Of a stretch of 38,405 nucleotides of DNA, positions 1 to 8,612 are shown piece after piece. Both the position numbers and the translations under genes were made by a program. The notes under the pieces were generated by a model, which saw only the letters and a list, made by a program, of their open reading frames with translations, was not told the origin of the DNA and did not search any database. Position 1 is the stretch's first letter. Every line of letters starts with the position of its first letter. The stretch is taken from the IMG/VR virus record IMGVR_UViG_3300027835_000012, positions 1 through 38,405 of that record; one strand, written 5' to 3'. Origin of the DNA: a virus. Taxonomy: Duplodnaviria; Caudoviricetes.

Positions 1-369
1 CAGGACTTTTTATCCGATGCTGGAAAGATGAAATCAAAGAGAACGGATGTGATGGACGCCGACCGCCGTTTTATCCATGAGACGCGCGTCAAACACGATG
101 AGCTTGCGGCTCATTCTGTTTGCGGCCCATCTCAATTCTGGTTCGTCAGTCCCGAAGGGATATTGTATTACGAGGATATGCCCGTTTGGGCGGGCCTTTT
201 AATTGTCAACTCACAAAAAGTAATTACGATGATAAAGAAAGCGCCGAGATTGCATGGTGAAAAAGCGGATGTCAGGATTGAACCGCACGTGCGAGGAATT
301 TTTTACTGGCGCTTTCAGAATCTTTTTCTGTACGCTCAACGAATTTCTCCGGCCAATGTGTGCTACTAA
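1..369 (+). CDS. 5'-truncated MmcB-like / PD-(D/E)XK-type phage protein
   Basis: Frame is open from base 1 (QDFLSDAGK-MKS...). 'DF..D..K' and 'P.QFWFVSPEG...MPVWAGLL' resemble the C-terminal half of MmcB-like nuclease-fold proteins. Confidence 0.5.
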   Translation, partial: QDFLSDAGKMKSKRTDVMDADRRFIHETRVKHDELAAHSVCGPSQFWFVSPEGILYYEDMPVWAGLLIVNSQKVITMIKKAPRLHGEKADVRIEPHVRGIFYWRFQNLFLYAQRISPANVCY

Positions 370-640
370 ATGGGAAACTACCACTGTCCGACTTTTCGCG
401 GAGCTGGACGGATTCCCGTGCAAACAGGAATCAGTTAACTGCATCACATTCGACCTGCCGTGTGGCAGAAGAGGCGGCTGATAAACTGCCTTGGACTGAG
501 TAGGCGTCCTGTGCGAAACAGGAGTTGAAAAGCGCGACGCCCGGCGCGAGTGCCAGAGGACCGGGCCCTAAATTTATGAGCGCATGATGGCGGTCCGTGA
601 TGCGTTATCAGTCCCCTTAAGAACCGTACCGATTTAGAAG

Positions 641-804
641 TTGACAAAGACCCCATGACAAATCAATTTAAAGACGTTCGAGCCAGTATGAAATCTGGCA
701 TAACAGTGCAATCGAACGAAATGCCGCTTTCGGCGTTCGCTCAGTGCCCGCTCCGGGCTACCTCCGCTGTTATGAGGATTTCAACTGAGCGAACGCTGAT
801 TTTT
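641..804 (+). promoter_or_regulatory. Putative promoter plus structured leader/attenuator (copy 1)
   Basis: TTGACA at 641-646. Hairpin GCCAG/CTGGC (682-699). Perfect 13-bp stem GCGTTCGCTCAGT (733-745)/ACTGAGCGAACGC (784-796) followed by TGATTTTT. Crossing pairings 689-695/777-783 and 699-708/765-774. Confidence 0.6.
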
Positions 805-1012
805 CAACGTTCACGAACCCGTTCGATAACGAGCACGAGAAAAAGCGAGTTCCGACGTGGCGGGAGGCCCCGAAGTGCGGGTGCGGCAGGAAAAGCCACG
901 GTAAAAACAAGCGCCGCAGGTCTCCCCTCATTCTCTCCATCCAATGGGGAGGAGGGAGGGGTCTTGGTCCGAATCTGATTTCATGAAGTTCATTTGATGC
1001 GACATCTTTGTT

Positions 1013-1207
1013 ATGAGAACCGGAACGCCATCCCTCTACTTTTGTCCGACGTGTGACAAACAACTCCACCGGATTGAGTCGGAAAAGAAGATCGTCGTTT
1101 TCTGTCCGTGGTCCACCTGTGACAGCTTGGTTTCCAACTATGGCGCCGAAGGCAAGGATGAGAAGGACGCTTACTACAATCTGGTCAAATCCATAGAGAA
1201 CGAATGA
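1013..1207 (+). CDS. Small zinc-finger protein
   Basis: CPTC...CPWSTC motifs; ATGA overlap with the next gene. Confidence 0.65.
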   Translation: MRTGTPSLYFCPTCDKQLHRIESEKKIVVFCPWSTCDSLVSNYGAEGKDEKDAYYNLVKSIENE

Positions 1208-1398
1208 AATCATCATTACATCATAAAGTTGGGCCGTTCGAAGCATTCTTCCGGTGGTGTATCGAAAACGGCTATAGCGATGTAGCTGAATGTGAACCCA
1301 AAGAACTCAACGTAAAAAGATTCCGTGCTGCGATTGCTCTGTACGGTAATCCAAAACCAACAAAGTCGAATCGAAATCGAAATCAGTTTGATCTATGA
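1204..1398 (+). CDS. Hypothetical protein
   Basis: ATGA overlaps with both neighbours. Confidence 0.55.
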   Translation: MKSSLHHKVGPFEAFFRWCIENGYSDVAECEPKELNVKRFRAAIALYGNPKPTKSNRNRNQFDL

Positions 1399-1751
1399 CA
1401 ATCCATGAATTGCGAAGCAAATTCCCAAACGCCAGCCCAAGTTTCGTCAAAGCGAATTGTGATCATGATTCTCGGAAGATTGCCCTCATGGAATCAGGTG
1501 CTGGCCATGAGCCATTGGGAACGCCATCGCCTCAAGAGGAAAATCCGGCACGATTTCGAGTCATCATTACCAGCATTCGAAAACGGCTTCTCGATGAAGA
1601 CAACCTTGCAGAAAAATTTCACGTCGATTGTCTGCGCCGATACGGCTTCATCCCAAACGATGATCCAGCCACGACCCGTATCGAAGTCACTCAAAGAAAA
1701 TGCGCGCGCGGAGAACCGGAAAGAATTGAAATAGTGATTGAAAAAAAGTGA
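1395..1751 (+). CDS. RusA-like Holliday junction resolvase (catalytic half)
   Basis: RVIITSIRKRLLDEDNLAEKFHVDCL...GFIPNDD...IEIVIE fits the RusA pattern D-x-D-N-xx-K...D-x-L...G-x-I-x-D-D. Confidence 0.65.
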   Translation: MTIHELRSKFPNASPSFVKANCDHDSRKIALMESGAGHEPLGTPSPQEENPARFRVIITSIRKRLLDEDNLAEKFHVDCLRRYGFIPNDDPATTRIEVTQRKCARGEPERIEIVIEKK

Positions 1752-1757
1752 GAAATC

Positions 1758-2084
1758 ATGGACGAACGAACAACAAGGGCATATCCCACCGACCGGCGCG
1801 CGGCCAGTCCAAAACGCCAAAGTGATGTCATCGACAGCGAATGGCCACTAACAACGCTCTCAGCTTACCAAGGTGCGCCAGCCGCCGAGGGCGATCCCAC
1901 AGCCAACCGCAAAATGAACCGGCTCTGCTTTGGACGCATCCGCATCGGGCACGCTTTGCTCGCACTGGACGGTGCCATATTAGATTGGAAGGACAATGAT
2001 AAGGTGTACGACCGCCTGCGCACAATTCGTGACCATATTGAGAAGGAATTTCTGCGGTATCCGCTGGAAGTTAGAAACAAATGA
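1758..2084 (+). CDS. Hypothetical protein
   Basis: 108-aa ORF directly after the RusA-like gene on the same strand. Confidence 0.5.
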   Translation: MDERTTRAYPTDRRAASPKRQSDVIDSEWPLTTLSAYQGAPAAEGDPTANRKMNRLCFGRIRIGHALLALDGAILDWKDNDKVYDRLRTIRDHIEKEFLRYPLEVRNK

Positions 2085-2098
2085 ATACCACAACCAGG

Positions 2099-2126
2099 TT
2101 GACTATGATGACAACAAAGGTAGGAT
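2099..2126 (+). promoter_or_regulatory. Sigma70-type promoter for the small ORF and tRNA
   Basis: TTGACT (2099-2104), 16-nt spacer, TAGGAT (2121-2126). Confidence 0.5.
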
Positions 2127-2135
2127 TAGTTCACT

Positions 2136-2318
2136 ATGACTGATAAACCTGCAATCGAATCCGATCTTAAACAACCCGGCGGTGATGGTGGTGCCGATCC
2201 AATCTTAGCCGGTCCATGCCAATCCTACTCCGAACCTAAGGACAGTGGAGTTGTGATTCCTGGCCCGACTTACGGCAAGTACCAAGGTTATCCCGAAGAG
2301 CGCAAAGGCGGTTACTAA
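2136..2318 (+). CDS. Small Gly/Pro-rich hypothetical protein
   Basis: 60-aa ORF between the promoter and the tRNA. Confidence 0.5.
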   Translation: MTDKPAIESDLKQPGGDGGADPILAGPCQSYSEPKDSGVVIPGPTYGKYQGYPEERKGGY

Positions 2319-2322
2319 CCAT

Positions 2323-2399
2323 CGCAGGCGAATCGGCTAGAGCGCAGATGGGTGGCTCATAACCACTTTAGCAAGGTGCAATTCCTTGGCCTGCAACCA
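2323..2399 (+). tRNA. tRNA-Met (CAT), initiator-like
   Basis: Acceptor stem CGCAGGC/GCCTGCA with C1:A72 mismatch. Anticodon arm GGTGG-CTCATAA-CCACT. T arm CAAGG-TGCAATT-CCTTG. Discriminator A and encoded CCA; 77 nt. Confidence 0.88.
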
Positions 2400-2404
2400 A
2401 TCTT

Positions 2405-2590
2405 TCAGCGTCGTTTCCTCATCTTCCGACCGAGCGATTTGCGAGCCGTGCTGAGGGCTACGGCGACCGCTTGAGCATCGGCCTTCTTCTTGCCAAACTT
2501 CGACTGCGTATGGGCATAAGACTTTCCTCCATGGAATTCGGAAATATTCCGGCTAATCACGGCTTTCGATGATCCTTTGGTGACTGGCAT
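2405..2590 (-). CDS. Small basic conserved phage protein
   Basis: MP..KGSS.AVISRNISE...QAVAVALS.ARK is a pattern typical of small basic proteins in phage virion operons. Confidence 0.75.
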   Translation of the reverse strand: MPVTKGSSKAVISRNISEFHGGKSYAHTQSKFGKKKADAQAVAVALSTARKSLGRKMRKRR

Positions 2591-2593
2591 AAA

Positions 2594-5500
2594 CTATTGA
2601 GGATTCGGAATGATCGACCCGGATTGTTTCGGAACGATTACCTCCGGCCCTTGCGCGCCGACAACTTTAGGGGAAGTCGCATTTGTGGCACCGCCTCCGA
2701 GCGAATTGCGAATGAGGTCTTGCAGGTCGCTTATTTGCTGTTTGGCACCTGGGGCATCGGGATAATTCCAGGGTGAATGTTTTGCCTTGTTGAACAACCA
2801 ATCACCACTCGTCCAGTTGATATGGTTTGGATCACTCGCGATTCCGTTTTTGTTGGCTGTTACAATAGACTTTGCCGTTGGAGATATACCAAGAGTCCAA
2901 TCAGGTCCGGGATGCATCCACGGTTTTAGGTTAGGCGCATCAATGTAGGTCGGATGAACGTTCGGATTTGGATTGTTTCTCAGGTAGTTGAACAAAATCG
3001 GTGCCGCGAGCGAGTGCGCGACAACGTTTACCTCATCCCCGTTCGCTGTTTTCTGCTTGAGCAAATCTCCGATTTCCTTGGTGGATTTGCCAATCCCAAC
3101 TTGATCCATTCCCTGCCCGGTTCCACGTAAAGGATAATACGAAATGCTCTTGGCCATGTCCCCCGCTGCGTCTCGCACGAGTGGAAAAAGATTCTCGTTT
3201 ATGGTCGAGCCTGAACCGCCAATGACTAACAGATGCTTGCGTCCAGCCGATGTTGTCGCGTTGGCGCTCCCATTGGGCACGAATGTCTCAGGCCCCTTCT
3301 CACCCACAACGTAAGGCTGGTTTGCGGAAACGGGACCGCCTTTAGCGCGAGATACGGGCGAGGTTTCGTCCCCGTGCTTAAAAATGCCTTTGAGCATCAA
3401 GCCGTCGAAGAACTTTTTGCGCTGAGCTTCATTCAGTTCGCGCACGTCCGCTATTTTGGATGCGGCGTCTATGCGCTCGGTCAATCCGAGTTTACGCAAA
3501 CGGCTTGCGGAATCATCAATCAAATCGTTAAGACGCGCGCCTTCTACGATTTTTGGCATGGCTTCAAATCTCTCCGGCGTCATTCCGGGCCGCATAACGA
3601 GCCTGGGAAGTTGGGTTGCCATTATATCGGACCAAGGTTTACCTTCACGATAATCCAGATAGCTTTTGAGAACTGGATTTGCGCCACGACCTGCGGCCCA
3701 CAATCTTTCTAACGCCTGGCTTTGATTTGGTCCAGCGGCTTCAGCTTCTCTGGGAACTCCAATGGCAGGCGGATAACCCGTAGCTGTGACAGAGGCGGCT
3801 CGCACGGCAGGACCGGCCATCGGCGCGGTCCATGAGTTAAACAAATCACGGAAGGCGGAATCAACGGCATTTTGTAAAGGTAAACCTTGACGAACTGATT
3901 CAATAGCTCCTTTAACACCCGTAACGCGCTCGGCACGATCCAGGCCAAGAAGCCCGAAAGCCGGAAAGCTCGTCGGTTTTCCATTTTTATCGTTCAATCC
4001 AAAGTCGATATTCCCAAGTTTGTTACCTTCACGACCAGAGAAAGATCCGGTGAACATGTAATTCAAGACGCCTACAGTGACAGCAGTTCCTATCCAGTTG
4101 GAGATTTGCTCGGTGCGCAATCCCACTTCCGCCGCCGCCGTAGCTCCTTTGACGCCGGGATTAAGTGTGGCGGCTCTTACGCCCATTGAGTTGAATGTCT
4201 TGCCCGCAGTCACAAAAGGGCCAAGACCGGTGTCTCTAAGCCAAACCGTAAATTTATCCTGAAGGCGTTTGTTGTACTGTCCAACTTGATTGACGAATTC
4301 ACGGCGCGCAGTTTCGGTGTTTTCAACAAGGCCATTCTCGGCCATTTTTTGAAAAGTATCATCCAGAACCAGGCGTGTTGTGCTATCAGCCCACTGGATA
4401 ATTGATCTGGTAACCTTACCTGGAGCTTGTAAGGCGGCCCCGATGACGTTCTGTGAAGGTTCAACCGCAAGCTTATCACGCAAGGCTCCAATGCCCGCAA
4501 GCTCCGCAAGTTGTTCGCGATTATCGGAAAAAGATTTCGCGAGAACACGCCCGGCTTGAACGAGTAAGTCGCTTCGACCCGCCAGTTTTGTTGCCGTTCC
4601 GATTATCGGATTGCCATTCGGCGAACGTATTAAGGCGTCAAACAAATTAAGTACATGGGTGCTGACATCGGTCAGACCAGCTAGCGCAGACTTATTTAGA
4701 AGTCCGTTAATGTCTTCGGTGAGCGGGTATTTGTGCGGCGAATCCACATTAAGCGCCTGTCGGTATTCCGGCGCAAGATCGGCACGCACGTAGATATTCT
4801 GACCGGCATTATACGTCTGGGTTTGACCCTCTTTAGTTGTAATGATCAGGCGGCGTTGCAACGGGAAAGACACCGTTGGCTTACCATCAATTTCAACCTT
4901 CTGACCAGGCGCGTCCACCTCCGCAAGCTCATTTTCCACAAGAGATTTGTTGAACCGATTCTGGTTTGCTATCTCAAGCTGTCGGTTGAACGTATGCGCA
5001 ACAATGTCAGGATACCATGATTCATAATTATCCGCCGTTCCGAAAGCTTGCCGTCCGAAAGGAGATTTCTTTTTGAACGATGATGTAAGGTTGCCACGGC
5101 TGGTTGTCACTGGACTTGTGCTCGGTGCATCGCCTTCCAAGATAGCTTTAAGGTTAATGCGGGCACCTGATTGCAAACCGCGAGAAGGAAGCTCAACATT
5201 CGGGTCGATGTCCATTGCGGCCTTGTACATGGGATCGACCGTCTCTTGCCAATACTGTTTGTGACGAGTCAAAGCCTCTTGAACTTCCGGCTTGCGAAAG
5301 AAATCTTGATAATCTTCTTCGTTTCGGAAGGGGGAATTTTTCTCGCCGATGATGGTTCGGACTTCTCCTGCTTGTGAATCTAATTCTCGCGCCAATTCGG
5401 GATTGCCCTCGCGTCGGGCCGCGTGTGCTTGATCGAAGAGTCCTTGCCGGATCGAACGAAGATTATCTTCGGTCAGCCACGCTCCAAAGGAACGAGCGTT

Positions 5501-6769
5501 GATGTCAAGACCATCAAGAACTTTCGCGCCAAACAAAGCTCCTTGATGTTCAGCGGCGACACGAGAGGAAGCGTAACGGACTCCAAGCTCACCCACATCA
5601 CGATTGGCTTCTGTAATGCGCGGCATTGATTTTCCAGAAATGGTATCCCAGAGATTTTGAATGGCCTTGATTGGATGAAAATTTGGAAGGCCGATAGATA
5701 ATATGCCCCTCGCCGCGGGTGCTACTATGCCAAGAGTTCGTTCAGATTCTGGAAGAGGATTAACAGGGAGAGAAGCTTGTGGAGGAAGTGCGCTTTCTGG
5801 CGCGCTTAACAAAGGCGACTTATCATCTTGGGAAGTGGTTCCATGAACTTCTGGAAGAGTTGTAACTGGCCTAATTGGAGGTACGATTGGAGATTGAGGA
5901 ATGGGTGACTCAGGTTCCGAGATTGGCTTTCCAGTCTCCTGACTTCGGGCTTCACGCGCCGACTGCTTTTCCTGTTCCCTGGCTAATCGGGCCTCTTCTT
6001 CTTGTTTAACAAAACTCTCATGGAAAGGATTTGGTTTTGGAGGTTCTGGTCCTGCTGGATTTTGTTCTCCGGGAATCCTTGGAGGTGCTTCCTTGCCTTT
6101 CTCCAAGCCACCCTGAATTTCTTTAAGCGCGGCGCTCGCCTTGGGCAATATGGTCCCCGCCGGAGCCGCTGTCATTAGCAAACTCGCTACCGTTGGTGCG
6201 ATTTCTTTTGCGGCCTCCCGAATATCACTTTGCTGGATAGCGACGCTGGCGCGTCCCGCCGACTCGCCCAGGCCCTTCGCACCTAAACCAGCGGTCAGAC
6301 TGAGTCCAATTGGAGCCGTCGGTGGAAACAGTGAAAGCGCTGTTAGACCAACCGCGGTAGCGACCCCCTCGGGTGTAGCAAGTGACCTCACTGTTTCTTC
6401 CATTCCAGACCCCAGACCTTCCACAAACTTCTCTGTCTGACTCAACGGCTTATTGAGTTGCGGGCCGCGAGTTTGAGCTGCTTGGTTGATCGTGTCCAAA
6501 GCGCCAAGGCCCTGTTCACTTGGCCGACCAAATGTGCCTGGCATTGTGGAGCGATTGGCACGGATAACTTCGGGCGGAATAATACCCGGAGCACCAGACG
6601 GAGCACCAGACGGAGCACTAGACGGAGCACTAGACGGAGATGAGACAGCAGTCGATGTCTCTGCCTTTGGTATAATCTTCTCTCGAATCGTCGAAGCGAT
6701 TTCTTCCATCGACATCCCGTCAGGAAAATTGACCGCGCCAACATCTGGAATGTTGACTTTAACCGGCAT
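2594..6769 (-). CDS. Large internal virion / DNA-ejection-like protein with a C-terminal alpha/beta-hydrolase-like insert
   Basis: 1391 aa, last large gene of the tail block. N-terminal 'FPDGMSMEEI' motif and hydrophobic Gly/Ala segment. C-terminal RAKGGPV...YVVGEKGPETFVP motif and AHSLA nucleophile elbow. Confidence 0.7.
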   Translation of the reverse strand: MPVKVNIPDVGAVNFPDGMSMEEIASTIREKIIPKAETSTAVSSPSSAPSSAPSGAPSGAPGIIPPEVIRANRSTMPGTFGRPSEQGLGALDTINQAAQTRGPQLNKPLSQTEKFVEGLGSGMEETVRSLATPEGVATAVGLTALSLFPPTAPIGLSLTAGLGAKGLGESAGRASVAIQQSDIREAAKEIAPTVASLLMTAAPAGTILPKASAALKEIQGGLEKGKEAPPRIPGEQNPAGPEPPKPNPFHESFVKQEEEARLAREQEKQSAREARSQETGKPISEPESPIPQSPIVPPIRPVTTLPEVHGTTSQDDKSPLLSAPESALPPQASLPVNPLPESERTLGIVAPAARGILSIGLPNFHPIKAIQNLWDTISGKSMPRITEANRDVGELGVRYASSRVAAEHQGALFGAKVLDGLDINARSFGAWLTEDNLRSIRQGLFDQAHAARREGNPELARELDSQAGEVRTIIGEKNSPFRNEEDYQDFFRKPEVQEALTRHKQYWQETVDPMYKAAMDIDPNVELPSRGLQSGARINLKAILEGDAPSTSPVTTSRGNLTSSFKKKSPFGRQAFGTADNYESWYPDIVAHTFNRQLEIANQNRFNKSLVENELAEVDAPGQKVEIDGKPTVSFPLQRRLIITTKEGQTQTYNAGQNIYVRADLAPEYRQALNVDSPHKYPLTEDINGLLNKSALAGLTDVSTHVLNLFDALIRSPNGNPIIGTATKLAGRSDLLVQAGRVLAKSFSDNREQLAELAGIGALRDKLAVEPSQNVIGAALQAPGKVTRSIIQWADSTTRLVLDDTFQKMAENGLVENTETARREFVNQVGQYNKRLQDKFTVWLRDTGLGPFVTAGKTFNSMGVRAATLNPGVKGATAAAEVGLRTEQISNWIGTAVTVGVLNYMFTGSFSGREGNKLGNIDFGLNDKNGKPTSFPAFGLLGLDRAERVTGVKGAIESVRQGLPLQNAVDSAFRDLFNSWTAPMAGPAVRAASVTATGYPPAIGVPREAEAAGPNQSQALERLWAAGRGANPVLKSYLDYREGKPWSDIMATQLPRLVMRPGMTPERFEAMPKIVEGARLNDLIDDSASRLRKLGLTERIDAASKIADVRELNEAQRKKFFDGLMLKGIFKHGDETSPVSRAKGGPVSANQPYVVGEKGPETFVPNGSANATTSAGRKHLLVIGGSGSTINENLFPLVRDAAGDMAKSISYYPLRGTGQGMDQVGIGKSTKEIGDLLKQKTANGDEVNVVAHSLAAPILFNYLRNNPNPNVHPTYIDAPNLKPWMHPGPDWTLGISPTAKSIVTANKNGIASDPNHINWTSGDWLFNKAKHSPWNYPDAPGAKQQISDLQDLIRNSLGGGATNATSPKVVGAQGPEVIVPKQSGSIIPNPQ
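6587..6639. repeat. 12-bp coding tandem repeat (about 4.4 copies)
   Basis: CGGAGCAC(C/T)AGA x4 plus a partial copy; encodes the S(S/G)AP linker in the 1391-aa protein. Confidence 0.9.
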
Positions 6770-6770
6770 A

Positions 6771-7760
6771 TTACGGAGAGGGTATTAACCCTTTAGCTGG
6801 GTCCCAATTGAATTCTTTTGGAGCGGCAGCGGCAGGCAGTTCGGTCGAAGGTATTGGAGTTGTCTTTTGCATCTGCTTCTGAATCCGATTACGATCTTGC
6901 TTGAGCTTAAGAATCACCGTGTTTTTGTTTTCTTCATTCCGGGTCGGATCGGTTTCCACTTTACGGATCGTCTTGTTAATATCCGTCAACTCCGAATTGA
7001 GCCGATGGAGATTCACAAGTTGACTCTGGTCACGGAGCATCTGAAAATGACCGTGATTGTTAAAGATGTACTGTTCGCCCGCTGGTGTGGTTCCGAATTT
7101 AATCTCGCCATCGGCATGAGGCGACATGAAGTGCATACCACCTTTGCCGTTTGGCAAACCATAACCAATAAGTTCGCCCTTTGAGTTTGTGAATTCTTTT
7201 GCCTCTCCCGTATCGAAGGCATCCGTCTGTGATCCGATCTGACCAGCGCGAGCGCCACTGAGCAAAGCAGCGGCCCGACGTTGCTCTGCTAAAGCCGCGT
7301 TTGCTTCCGCATGAGAAGCGATTTTGTCCTGTTCTGTTTGTGCTCGTGTTCCCATCCATTCGGCTGCCGCTTTTCGATAAGGTATCATCGCAACACCTTG
7401 CATAAAGGCAGGAACTTCCTGAGGACGCCATTTTGCGACGACTGGCAAAACGTTCTTCATCAGTGATTCATCCTGCTCAAGTTTATGGGTGTTTGGAAGT
7501 GGCGGCATTCCCCCGCTGCCTGGAATCGTATCGGATGTATCAATCGCGTGTTGAGCCATTGCATGTTCCATGTCACCGCGCATCGCAATACCAGTATGGA
7601 TGTTTCCCGTTATTTGTTGGGTCTCCGCTGCCAAGTGTTGTTCTTGTAACTGTCTCAATGCTTGTTGAGAACGCAATTCCTGCATCCGCGCGCTGTAACC
7701 AAGCGCTTCACTGGCAATGTGACCGCCAATCTGCAAACCGGATAGAAATTCATTGGCCAT
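6771..7760 (-). CDS. Putative internal virion protein
   Basis: 329 aa, Gln/Ala-rich and helical; 'FLSGLQIG' N-terminus; lies among ejection-like genes. Confidence 0.6.
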   Translation of the reverse strand: MANEFLSGLQIGGHIASEALGYSARMQELRSQQALRQLQEQHLAAETQQITGNIHTGIAMRGDMEHAMAQHAIDTSDTIPGSGGMPPLPNTHKLEQDESLMKNVLPVVAKWRPQEVPAFMQGVAMIPYRKAAAEWMGTRAQTEQDKIASHAEANAALAEQRRAAALLSGARAGQIGSQTDAFDTGEAKEFTNSKGELIGYGLPNGKGGMHFMSPHADGEIKFGTTPAGEQYIFNNHGHFQMLRDQSQLVNLHRLNSELTDINKTIRKVETDPTRNEENKNTVILKLKQDRNRIQKQMQKTTPIPSTELPAAAAPKEFNWDPAKGLIPSP

Positions 7761-7763
7761 GAT

Positions 7764-8612
7764 CTATTCGTACCCACCGGAAGGACCAGCCCGATTCAAC
7801 ATTCCCAGATACTTCCATTGATTTATTGAACTAAGACTTCCAAAATTCGAAGGTAAACTTTGGCCATTAAAAGCCGCCATATTCTGAGCCATTTGTCCAG
7901 GTCCAGCACCCATATTGCTCATTCCAGCAAATAGTCCCGCACCCATCATTGTTCCTCCAAGACCCTCCAGTGCACCTCCCCATACTCCGCCAGGACCTTC
8001 GGTTTGGGAAAGCTGTGATCCCAACGCAAATCGTTGTTGACGCTGTTGTAATATAGCGCTGAGGTTGCCCTGGGTACTTAATGGCATGAATGATTCACCA
8101 GTCGGAGTTGAATAATGCGGGGCGTACCCGCCAAGGGCTGCTAGCAATGAAGGTACGTGCGCCAATTCGGCCATTCTCGTCCGACGACCGAGGTTGTAGG
8201 TATTGATCGCCCCGGCCCCTGTTCCGCCAAATCCCCTGGCAAGTGTGTCAGCCGCTCCTTCACCAAAAATAGACCAAGGATTTCCTCCGGCTTTGCCGGA
8301 AATAATTTGATCAATCGCCGATCCGAAACTTTTTACCCGTTCAGCACTTCCGGGCTGGGCGATTTCTTGTGCTTGCTTGGCTGTCTCAGCAGCGCCCAAA
8401 CCATATTGCCGCGCCAGGGCGGTGACTCTCGATTGCGCCGCTTCTTGTCGGCCAAGCACAGCTTGATCTAAAGCACCGATGTCAACATCTGGTGTGGCCA
8501 TCAAGTCTTTTAAGACTTGCTGACGCCTTTTTGCATCTGCCGCTTTTTCAGAAGCGCCCCAAAGACTAAGCCCTACTCCAACTAATCCTAATGCTGGTCC
8601 TACTGCGCTCAT
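7764..8612 (-). CDS. Putative internal virion / DNA pilot-like protein
   Basis: 282 aa with a Gly/Ala-rich hydrophobic N-terminus and a Gly-rich C-terminus. Confidence 0.6.
   Translation of the reverse strand: MSAVGPALGLVGVGLSLWGASEKAADAKRRQQVLKDLMATPDVDIGALDQAVLGRQEAAQSRVTALARQYGLGAAETAKQAQEIAQPGSAERVKSFGSAIDQIISGKAGGNPWSIFGEGAADTLARGFGGTGAGAINTYNLGRRTRMAELAHVPSLLAALGGYAPHYSTPTGESFMPLSTQGNLSAILQQRQQRFALGSQLSQTEGPGGVWGGALEGLGGTMMGAGLFAGMSNMGAGPGQMAQNMAAFNGQSLPSNFGSLSSINQWKYLGMLNRAGPSGGYE

Noticed and set aside
493-520. Hammerhead ribozyme (CTGAGTA...GAAAC)
   Set aside because: The core deviates from CUGANGA and I could not build stems I and III.
655-978. 107-aa ORF as a confident gene
   Set aside because: It starts within the putative promoter and overlies structured non-coding elements. 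A leader peptide from ATG 688 remains possible but unsupported.
6587-6639. 12-bp repeat as a regulatory or guide array
   Set aside because: It is in frame and encodes a simple Ser/Ala/Pro linker.
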